Of a stretch of DNA of 64,000 nt, positions 1 to 11,200 are shown piece after piece. Source of the stretch: Tubulanus polymorphus. Its lineage: Eukaryota > Animalia > Nemertea. Below the pieces are notes generated by a model. It did no database searches, was not told the origin of the DNA, and saw only the letters and a program-made list of their open reading frames with translations. The stretch covers positions 7,068,001-7,132,000 of the forward strand of contig NC_134025.1 of NCBI RefSeq assembly GCF_964204645.1, in the 5' to 3' direction. The translations under genes were made by a program, and so were the position numbers. Numbering within the stretch: the stretch's first letter is position 1; each line of letters starts with the position of its first letter.

Positions 1-828
1 AGCAATTTCTTAAATCATCAATTACATTATCGCACAAGTTAATGAATTGTAAACACGATAAACTTCATATCGAAGCATAAGAATGGGTCAAGGTGAAAAA
101 TTACAAAACTGCTGCCAGTGCGTTTCATGGAATTGTAATAGCTAATTGATTTAATGTGGAGAAACAGCTTTATTGCCATGTGTGTTCAGTTCACTCCAAA
201 CAAAGACCTGACATTGTCTGTCTTTCTGTGAATTCTGTCCATACATATATTTTACACGTCCTTATAGATACACAAAGACAACAGTAAAAAACGTTGTGAC
301 TGTCACAACTATGGTAAAAACTCTGATTTAGGTCCAATCTTTTTGCACCAAACAGATGACGGAAACTATTAAAAAACTTGAACACATAATACAAAGCAAA
401 TTTTTCCCTATATCTTAAGTTCTAAAAGGCCAAAAATGTATCAGAGTTCTCATATCTACGTAATAAGGAGTTTTCACGGAGAAAATTTCATACTTCAAGG
501 AAGCATCTGCATCGCTCTTTTATTTCCCAATTTCATTAGTCCTATATCAGACTGCTTATCTCGGTAAACTGTTACTTCAGTGGTTTTATTAACTAATTTT
601 CATCCTTGACTACTGAACTCAATTTCTAATTCGGTAACCGCATCTAATAGGGTAACAAAAAGATCCTGGTTCTAACTGTATCGATTCTGGCATAGCCTGC
701 GTACAACGCGAGCCTATTTCTCAAAATTAAAGGAGCTTTTAAAGGAGTTTCGAGCACCTTTTCTGTTTTTAGGAGTTTTTAGTGAATCAAGGGGTCGCAG
801 GGGCCTTGTCACTTTTACCAGGACTTAC

Positions 829-1012
829 CGTGTTATCACACATCCTCTGACCGTAGATCAGGTAGTCGTGCTTGATATCCCCATCCCCGATTGAACAAAC
901 CCGCTTTTTCAGGCCGACTTTACTGAGGCCGCCGCCACCCATCGGCACCCAGCCTACGATTTCATCATCTCTCGTCATGACTTGTGCTTTCACCTGCACA
1001 AGTGTGTCATCA
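829..1012 (-). CDS. SPRED: SPRED (Sprouty-related EVH1 domain protein), exon encoding the first half of the EVH1 domain; gene continues beyond the left edge
   Basis: Translates to DDTLVQVKAQVMTRDDEIVGWVPMGGGGLSKVGL...YLIYGQRMCDNT, matching the SPRED EVH1 signature VxAxVMTRDDxxGGWxPxGGxGLS. Acceptor tatttcag, donor ACG|gtaagt; 184 nt, entry phase 2. Confidence 0.92.
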
Positions 1013-1768
1013 CTGAAATAAACAGCAAAAAGCAAAAGTTGAATAAATGCCTCAGATGAATGACCAGCTGTACGACAATTTACACGTCCTCTTAATCATT
1101 CGACCTCCAATCGGAATAATTCTGTCTATTTGCCGCAGGCGATCTGAGTCAATAATGAAACAAATATCAAAATCAAACGACGACCTTCTATTTTTTGAAA
1201 CAAAGTATTTTAAAAAAAATCGATGGGTATTTAAACAAACATTCGAGGCACTGCCACTTAATAAATAGATAGATAAAACAATCGATTGCATCATATTTTC
1301 CTGGAATAACTGTGCACTCAAAAACGCGTTTTATTGCTCGAACATCTGTTCCGATAAAATTCAATTAAATATTGAAATGACAAGACCTGAAGTTAAGATC
1401 AAGGGTCCGATCTGACTATGGCAGTATTGGCTCATAAAGTCAGCCTATGTGGAGGACTGTGGAAAAAACGATCTTTCCAGACTATCCTCAGCATGTAAAT
1501 AACAAGTGATAGAACTTGGCATTCCCAGTATAAGTAAACCGCACGATTCAACCATTAAGCAACAAGTTTCAATATATTTTCCGATGTGAACTAAGCCAAA
1601 TTGCATATACTGGCTCGTTCTCAACAACACATCTATGTAGCCTAACCAGGGCGATGCTTGAGAGAGACGCCTGACCTAGATACATGCATCCAAATGTTCA
1701 GTTTTCGATGATTTTAGATTTAACAATCCAGGGGTGGCAGCCACCTGCACGGCAACTTACTGACTTAC

Positions 1769-1800
1769 ACGAGCCCGAGCCACAGGAGGATCTGAATCAT
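1769..1800 (-). CDS. SPRED: candidate alternative SPRED first coding exon (MIQILLWLGLV)
   Basis: ATG ATT CAG ATC CTC CTG TGG CTC GGG CTC GT|gtaagt; phase 2, no stop. Confidence 0.3.
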
Positions 1801-1910
1801 CGCCAAACCACAGGAATGTAATTAGAAGATCAGGATCATTTAGAACAGATTAAGCCAAGTTTACGTACAAACACACGGGCGGCTATGAAATTGCGGTTTT
1901 TTTTACTTAC

Positions 1911-1927
1911 TTGGAACGCATTAACAT
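1911..1927 (-). CDS. SPRED: candidate alternative SPRED first coding exon (MLMRSN)
   Basis: ATG TTA ATG CGT TCC AA|gtaagt; phase 2, no stop. Confidence 0.4.
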
Positions 1928-3360
1928 TCTCTCCTTAAATAGGGGGTGTATGGGTGCAGTGCACCGGATAGGGACAAATAGAAAGTTGACAGATAGACGA
2001 CACCAGTGGAAGCAGACCTGTACTAACAATACAACTCAAGAGAACATAAAGAGGGTACATCCTGCATGACCCAATTCGCTACAATGTAAGCAGTATATTT
2101 CATTTGGCCTATACTCTTTTCTACTTCTAGACACGTGTTAATATAAATGTGTATATAGACCTAGGCAGAATAGCGTTGAACTGCTTCCGAGATGATTTTT
2201 CTCGATTTTCTAGACCAATGCTCTTAGAGCACTTCGCGTTCATCCATCTAAAATATATTTCTAAAATCACGACGAAGAAATGAAACCGACAGAGCCGCCA
2301 CATCTTCGAGAATAAACATTTTAACAGCCCTATCTATCACGATGGTTTCCGGCTAACTGTGAAAAATTAACCTCAACCTCGGCAAAGAAAAGAGTTTAAT
2401 GTTTAACTGTGTTCAGAAGAGGCAGTAATGTATATTTCAGTGCCAGGATAGATGATGGGCAAACGAAGCAGCAGAGCCGAGTGGGAACTCAAGTCACCCA
2501 GGTACAGGGTTAGCTCTGAGTGTTGAATGAAGGTAGAATTCCATTCATACACATGTGCTTCTGATCTATTTTGCTGCTTAATGCTTTTCAGTATCGTAGA
2601 AAGAAAGCTAAAGTAAGAGAGAATCCCATACATATTTTTCTTAACGGTTATTCAGGTAAAAGGTTGCAAACTGCGGAGACGGTGGGCAGGCCTATGAACA
2701 GGTGGGTATAGAGGCTACTAGACAGTTCGCAATACAACGTGACACATGTAATAAATCGAGCATCATCACCGAATTACATTAGATTTTGAGGTTAATTAAA
2801 TCTAAAGAGTACGGGTGAAACGTCGACCGTGACAGCTGGTCTCAGTTCATTGACTTCAGAAATGAATCAAACAAAATGTAGAGCTCTCTCCTGCTTTGAC
2901 CTTTCTGATAAAGTTAAACCCTCATTTGGTTTGAATCGTTATAATCGCTAGGCCTAAAGCAAATAAACGGAATTGATCGCACCAGAATTATGACTATACT
3001 AGGTACACAGAAATAACCATTTCGCGATTGATAGATAAAGACCAAATAATAATGCTGATTACATTCAGTCAAAAACAGGTCAACAAAACTTTAAACGTCA
3101 TAAGAAATACTTCATTGTTACAGCATATCTAGTAGCGTTTTGAAACAGTACTCTAGAAAATATAAAAAAACGTTTTAAATAGACATTTACTGGTGCAACA
3201 GGTTGCGGTACGATTACTTCAATCGGGGCAACTCTACCTTCACGAAACCGTTCGCAATTTAAGAATAACTACTCGTTTCATAGTCACATGACAGAAAATC
3301 CATTTCACAAAGAAACAAGTCATGAATTCATGAATGAAAACGTCTTTCTCCTAGGCTTAC

Positions 3361-3401
3361 TTATAATAATGGCTACAATAAGCAACTCCGATAAGGGACA
3401 T
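3361..3401 (-). CDS. SPRED: candidate alternative SPRED first coding exon (MSLIGVAYCSHYYN; frame open back to ATG at 3596)
   Basis: ATG TCC CTT ... TAT TAT AA|gtaagc; phase 2. Confidence 0.3.
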
Positions 3402-4390
3402 ATATTGAATGGGCGACTGAATATTATACTGTAAAACGACGAAGAACGATAGGTTACAAACCAACGAATTTGTACAAAATGCATCAGCAGTAATAACGGA
3501 GAGCACTCGATTATTACCGGAAAAATATTGCACTGAGATTGTGAGCGCGAAGCCGCTCAAGGTCATAATGAAGTAGATATTAAACCGACTTATCATTCAT
3601 CAACAAATTGCTATCCATGCAACCGCCTACCTACATGTTCCTGATTAAACCAACACCATCTTATTAGGCCTACTTCGGTACATGCTAATTTCATTAGATC
3701 AACATGTAGGCCTAGCCGATGTCAACAACACCGTCATCAAAACTCCTAGCCAGTAGGTTAATATTGGTAATTCAAGAGAAATATCACCAAGAAAATATTT
3801 TGGTCAACGACTCCTACGAAGGCCAGTCTAGTGTTGTACGTTAACTAGTTGTAGGCCTTACCGCTGCTGAGAATAGTCTTAGATAACGGTAAGGTAGTAG
3901 AAAGAAAGGGCTGTTAATGAACACTGGTTGATTGCATTGAAATACAGTTTTATTAATTTTCTTAGAAGAAACACACAGCTCACGACTAAGAGAATCGAGA
4001 AAATTGAGATTTCATGAATCAACGCAGGCAGCCAAGCCTGTGTAGTTTTATGAATGAACGTCATGACACTGGCCAGAAAATGGCCGACACAAATTTATTA
4101 CACACACGCACATCTGAAGACGTTTCGCCAGCTCATACACACTTCCACAATCAAACAAACGCTAAATTTAATATCCACGCCTATCCCGACGACATTCTAC
4201 GTCGAATGATAGCCGTTGTTTTTTTCGGGAAGACGTCAAAACGAGCGAAAATAAGGCCGACGAATCATTCTGACTGCTCTAGCACCGATAGACACACACG
4301 GGGCCATTGATTCAAAAACTGTGAGCACCACCACGAGCAAACAGCTTCAAATCTGCACTTATTCCTCGTCGTATCCAGCGCTATACTTAC

Positions 4391-4407
4391 TGATTATAAT
4401 CTGTCAT
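4391..4407 (-). CDS. SPRED: SPRED most likely canonical first coding exon (MTDYNH)
   Basis: ATG ACA GAT TAT AAT CA|gtaagt; phase 2 joins in frame to the 1012 exon, giving MTDYNHDDTLVQV, similar to vertebrate SPRED2 MTEETHPDDDSY. Lies beside a CpG-richer promoter-like region. Confidence 0.7.
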
Positions 4408-4409
4408 GA

Positions 4410-5200
4410 TTTCATTTTCAATCATGTGCGTGCATTTCGTCGTATTTCCGAGTCGAAATCGTCCACAACAACGAGAAGAAGTGTAAAATCCGAGGAGTAA
4501 AATAGAGCTGGGCAAACACAGCGCCAATACATGGGAATAGCAACCGGTGTGCGCCTACACCGATACCGGCGACCTAAAAAATAGTCCTCGCACGAAGAAA
4601 ATCGACCGAAATGATTTTCGACACTCTAAAGCTAACGGCAACCCAATATCAGCAAGTAAGTTTTATTTTCCTGTCTTAGTCAAGTCGTAATACCGTTTTG
4701 ATTTCATCGGGCGAAATAAGCAAGGTGGTTAGTCGCCGCGCACCGATATATCCGAGGCAATCCTGTACCGAGGGAAGTAGTACCGAACTTCATTATGCAA
4801 ATCAATTTTCAAGTATGTTGGAAATAAGGCGCAGTTTTTTCGAGATTGTGGAGTAAAACAGTCAGATTAAGTTAATTCGATTCGGTTCGCTGACTGACAT
4901 TCGCTTTTTAATCCGAAATGGTGAAATGCGAGGCAAAGCTCGTCCGGTACATTGATATTTCTCATGTAAATTATTTCTAGCTTCGGCCAATCAACAGAGC
5001 GAACGGCCACGTGATCTCAGTCATTATTATGATGACATCACTGATGTAGTATACACGGCACAATGCTACATTTTCATTCATACCGGCGGGGTAGTGTCGT
5101 CAGTAATGGTAGTCGTTTAGAAAGGCCGGGTGTGATTCACTAGTGATCGAGCGAACAGCTGGGGCACGAGCATCAATTTATTGTACACTACAGCACCGTT
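4410..5200. promoter_or_regulatory. probable SPRED proximal promoter / 5'UTR region
   Basis: CpG-richer stretch just upstream of the MTDYNH ATG; CCAAT box ggccaatca at about 4985 and E-box cacgtg at about 5008. Confidence 0.4.
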
Positions 5201-5624
5201 TCCAACGTTATTCTATTCGTCTAATGATTTGAATGGTTGACAATTTTAACCCCATAAAAAAAAAGATTCGATTCGATTTTTAAGCATTGGATTTTTTTGT
5301 GGCAATCGGAAAAACCCACCCAAACAACCAAACAGAATGCCTTACAACGTATTCGAATATCCTATCTAACCATGCGATTCATAACATGACCCCTGCCAAG
5401 AAGTCTGATTATTTTCATCTGTATCAAATTATTTAATGAAATATAGAAAATTCACGGATTGACTAATTAAAGATGATTGAATAATACCGATGAAATGGAA
5501 ACGGTAAGCCAAGATCTATTTCAATTATATATAGTATCGAGAAAACTCGCGCGCCAATTCGTCAAAACCTCCCACGCAATCGAGGCTCTAATCATCGACT
5601 GAATTAACGATTTTAAACGCTTAC

Positions 5625-5650
5625 CTCAAAAATCGCGGTACTATTTTCAT
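5625..5650 (-). CDS. SPRED: candidate alternative SPRED first coding exon (MKIVPRFLS)
   Basis: ATG AAA ATA GTA CCG CGA TTT TTG AG|gtaagc; strong donor, phase 2. Confidence 0.45.
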
Positions 5651-6926
5651 GTTATCCTACAGCGACATGAAATAAATTTTTGACACTTTTCTATTCTTTT
5701 TATTTATTATTTCATGATATTTCAAAAAGACGAGCGTCCTGCGTCGGAGAGTGACGCTAACTGTCAATAACAAAAGACGCGGTCTCGTGGCTGAAATTAT
5801 CGATATTGCAAAAAAGTACATGACCTTTTGGGGGGAAAAGTGCATGAATGGCGGGTAGTAACCTTGTACGCTCGCATAATCAATTTTTCTGACGATCCCC
5901 GTTGAAGGCCAATCAGATGCGAGCTTCGACTTGCCATCCCGGCAAGTACGCACGAACTTCATTAGATATTTTTTGCCATTCATAAAATGGAGTTTGTCAA
6001 GAACAATGAAATCTTTAAGTATATAGACCTACGTCTGCGTGAGTACGGCACAGCTGGTTGAATGTCAGATCGTGTGTCACTATTGAAACCGGACCAAACC
6101 AGAGATTTTTGTTCTCATTAAACGTCACCCAGGCCATCACAACAGAGATTTTTGGTTGATGATGATCATATCAATAAACACATATTCATTGGAAATCATA
6201 TTGGGACAGCTTTACCCAGTGAAACTGCAGATTAAAAACAACTCGGCCTCTATTTCCGCCAATTCACAATAGAACATCGAAATGATCGTCAGAAAAAAAT
6301 GCAACATAGTTTTCAAGAGTAAGTGAGCTGCTATGCTGCATTAACCATCAGAAATTTGTTCTTGCGTATTTCAGAGTATTAATCAGTGAGGGCGCGAAAA
6401 CTTGATAGTTTTTAGTATGGTCAGTAGAGTGCAGCACTTCCCGAGTAAGCACGGTAGCGCAAATAGCTGACGAATGAGCGAGAATATCATACGCACCGGC
6501 AGGGATTAAGTGCCCAATTTGAAATATGATTAATTGAAAGTTGTTAAAATCGCAATCAGAAACTATTTGAAAAAAAAAACTATACAGGTAAAACATACAT
6601 AGATGAAATGGATTAAGTAGACGTATGATTTACTTTCTGTAGTCACTTTACCGACGCCGCATCATGCAACCTAAAATGCTTAAATGTTTTCACTACATCA
6701 TGTCCTACATTATTACGGGTTAGGTAGGCAAACCGCTCGCAATTGCCATAAAAGTCATTTCGGTTCCCGACCGCGGAAAATAATTTCCAAAACTAGCTGA
6801 CTAGAATTAATCGGTTGACGCTAGTGCCTTGTGAAAAAAGAAACTATTAAAGTTGGGAAAATTATATTCCGTTATTTTATTCTAAAACACGAAAGATACT
6901 TTCGCTTATATACGTTTATATCTTAC

Positions 6927-6961
6927 CTGGAGTCGACAGTGGGCGAGAATCGGACCTTCAT
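6927..6961 (-). CDS. SPRED: candidate alternative SPRED first coding exon (MKVRFSPTVDSS)
   Basis: ATG AAG GTC CGA TTC TCG CCC ACT GTC GAC TCC AG|gtaaga; near-consensus CAG|GTAAG donor, phase 2. Confidence 0.5.
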
Positions 6962-8225
6962 CCTGTCAAGTTCAATCGAGGCTCGGGTATATGCCGTCAG
7001 GTACCGCTCTATATTGGCCGTTTTGTATTAGTTCACCTCGGCTCAATGGACGACATACGTACACCTTGAAGAAATGGATGCTACGCGTTGACATCGTCGT
7101 CGTCAACGATTCAGTGCACCTTTCTTCGAAAAAATCTTTCAAGGATGATCTAATGGTTTTCGTTCAAATCTTAATTGAACCATGTCATGCAGAATATGAG
7201 GTTAAACCACCAAAGAGTAATTAGAGCCCATGACTGATCTTGTTGGATCATTGATTGAAAAGGCAAATTAGAACATATTTGAATCTCGTTACACGACTCG
7301 CTTTATCAAAATGAAGAAAAAAATGTATCGTATAAATTGAATGTGAATTTTGTAATTCATTCGTTATTTCAATGACAGCGAGAACCTTTTAAGTGTACGT
7401 TTCTTCTTTACTGAAATCGAAACTGCAGACAACATCCTTAAAAGATCATCAAAATGACCGAAGGCCAAATATTCAAATGGTACAGACAACGTATCCGTTG
7501 AAAATGAATTTTGATATTCGAAAATTTGGCCGTAGGTAGAGAAAATCTGTAGCGGTAAAGATGCACTGATTTAAAATCCACATTGAGACAAAACAATGAA
7601 ATGAAAATGAAACTGAAAATATACCAAGAAAAAATGATTCATTGCAGCAGTAGCAGACAGTCGTAAAAAACGAAATATGAAATTAGGAAAGTTTGGCTCG
7701 TTGATAGGAATTTCATCATTTTTATCGTTCTTTGGTTACAGTGTGAAAACTTTATGATCCAATTTTAGAATGAACTAATGAATTGATTTTTCGAAGTATA
7801 ACATATTTCTGACAAGCCGGGCATAACCAGATGCTAAACATTGATCAAAATTTTTTGGGGTAGAGGCTAGGCCAAACCTCAACAGGCCTTTTGTTAAGAT
7901 GATTAGCATTCCAGCAAATCCACAATAGTTTCGTACCCGTGGAATATGTATGAATATAGTCCTACACAATTAACACACTGGATTGGTTTTCAGATCTGTT
8001 TATCAACAAGCCATTAAAAACAACGAAGTGGCCCATTTATACAAAAGCAAAATTAAAGCAAGCCGGGCAAAATATTGCCCAAATAGTACCGCACCCTCTT
8101 GTTATGTTTCATTTTTTTATGTTACAAAATGAATTTCTTCTGTGTATGAACTTTTGAGAGGGTGTTTTCGAGGTTTTTACACCAACCTCTCATCGTTGCT
8201 CTTGTATATATCAGAATATACCGTC

Positions 8226-11200
8226 TTTATTACATTTGAATACCAAGAAATTACCTTGCCTCAAATGTATGTTAATGTACATTAATTACAATATCAAAAT
8301 TCTAACAAGGATTCAGCATTGCATAGGTAATTTCTTATGGTTTAAAAAATTTTGATTACATAATATGACTTGTAAATAATTTTTTTCAATCACCGCCAAT
8401 GTATCATTTTTACATGAATTTCACGTCCTTGATGCGTATGTATACTCGCTGAATATAAATATCGTAAAATGCATGACCTTACAAACAATTTATTTTCTTC
8501 AATGAATGCAGAAGTAGTGTTACAATATTGTTTTCCATTTAAGGGCGTCACGGCAACTATATGCTTATATATAATTATTATTATTATCATCATTATTATC
8601 ATCATCATTATCATCATCACTTTTCTATAGTAAAAACTGGTAACAACCGGGACAAGACGACATTTGGGACCACTTCACAGACTGACTGTTAGGAGAAAAA
8701 TATATACCACGAATATAGATAATTTGTATAACACAAGACATGGTTTGAATGATACCCACATGGATGAAATGCATCTCTTTAACAGTACATTTGTTGTAGT
8801 AAACCATGTAAGATAGGTAGCGACCGATTCCAGAATCAAAACTTAAAAAGACTTATTACATATGTATCTTCAGTCCCTATCTTTAGCAAGTCGTTGCTCA
8901 CCACCGTCGAAGCCCATGATGAACTCACTTCAAAAAACCCCAATTCAAAATATTCTTGTTGTAAATTCTTGCTCACAAGCCTGAGGACTTCGACGGCTTC
9001 GTCAATACATAGGGCCAGACTTTAAAACACCACTTTCGGTAAGTGAAAATATCAATGAACATGATACAGCGAAATGAATGCAGTTTGAGATTAAGTGTGA
9101 ATGACATAACAAGTGAAAAAAGCTGCAGCTCATCTATCAATTTGATGTTACTATCAAAATACGTAAGCTGTCGTACCCTTCGAATCAAAAGCTAAGTAAA
9201 CGCGGGCCACAAAAATGTTCAATTGTCTTTCGCTGTTAAGATCCAAAATTTACCAGCCAAATAAATAAATAATGGGGACAATCCCTATTTTAAGATCAAG
9301 ATCCAAGGGGATATCATTCAACGGTTAGGAAAGCGTACTTATATCAAACCCCTACAGTCCGCTTAATAGTTAGTAGTCAAATACATACATTCATACATGA
9401 TATATATATATTTGGTCCCGTTTTGGAGCTTTTTTTTATTAAGCAAGCATTAAATGTGAACGATCCCAACATGTCCTCTTGTTAGTTTTAATAACAAAAC
9501 GTAATGTTATGGAACTCTATAATATAAAAAGCGGACACTTTGATAATTATACACAGTAAGCCAACTTACAATTTACCTGTACGCCAATTCAGTCTCTGTT
9601 CAATGAATTTTTCGCACCGATAGGCACCCCTTTTTATTCCACTGATCACCCTATACATATTTTACAATTCTTTGTACAAAATTAGTTTCAAATAAATTTA
9701 AAGCAGCGCTTTTTAGTATATATGTATGTATATATATATTATTATTATTATTAGCATTATTATTATCATTATTATTGTAATTGTAAATCATGAACGTAAT
9801 CAGCACAAAAACTGCAATTTTCAGTACTCTTTTTACAATCTAATTAAACAATACAAATATATCATAGAAGCGTAAAATTGGGCTAACCCAAGTCTGTGCC
9901 CGTACTTTTTCGTTGCAGGCAGGAAGATACTGCCTTCAAAATCATCAGCCATGTGTTTAAAATCCACGCGACAATCTCTCAATTACAAAATGCGTCTCTG
10001 TCTTCGACTATTTACAACAACATTGATCAAATATACTTTGAGTGTTTGCATTAAATGCTTGAAATACCAAGTTTACAATGAATTTCTTCCGAGTACAAAT
10101 TCGAAACGTTGACTATGCGGAAATTTTTCATATAAAATTCATCGGGACAGTAATCAATGAGATATCATTAACCATGGTTAAAAAACTTTTTCTGTTTTGA
10201 ACATATGATAATGGTCCCCGACCCAAGAGGCGAGTTTAGAATCGTCCATCTTGGAAAACTCACAGCTTTCACAACTATAAGTCAAACTACAGAAAAACCC
10301 TAGATCTTGTAGGAGAAAGAAATTGGAATTCATCAACTGTTGTCAAAGGTATTCTGACGACTTGAAAATACTAGAAATCTACCTAATGGAGCCTCCGCGC
10401 CATATGTAACATTCTGTGCTGCCTGAAATTGAGATAACTGAATCTCGCTGGACTTTTCGAACAAATGATATTAATGATAGCTTAATAATTCTTATATTTT
10501 TGAAAGCCTGGTTTTCTAGTCTGATGCTTAAGCAAATTTTCTAATTTTTGGATCATCGTTCTGAATAATAAGAAATTAACGCCTTTTTCGTTTTATGAAC
10601 AGCTCTAGAATTAGAACGTATCAGAATCAAAGATATAATCTGATTGGAAACAAGAAACCTTCAAAAGTCTCATCTTTGTTCATTATATTTGAGCTATAGA
10701 ATATCATATATATTTTGTATATCATTTATACTTAATACATGTATTAATTCGGGGAACGTTTTTTTTTTTTTCAATTCATTATCAATATTGTTTTAGATAT
10801 TTACATACATTGTCAGATAGTGAATTTGAATAAGGCAGCACATAGCTGAGCAACGATATACTTTATACAAAATTGTGCGACTTTTATCAAAAAACAAATA
10901 AATATTCGACTGACCCAAAGTGAGACAGGTGGATAGCGCTGGACTATTGTAATGACAGACTAAAGCGATACCGACACATTACTTAATCATTTACAAAAGG
11001 CTGCCTGTACTAGAGGCAGCGTAATGCTCGGATAATTTTTGTTTTTGAAAGACAAACTGATTGTACGTTAAACTACATTCAACAAACACATATTAATTCG
11101 TAACGAATCATCGCCAACACGCGTGACTCCGACGATGAAGATAAAACTATTTACTTACGTTAACCTTTTTTGAAAAACGAAATTACTACCAAATGACACA

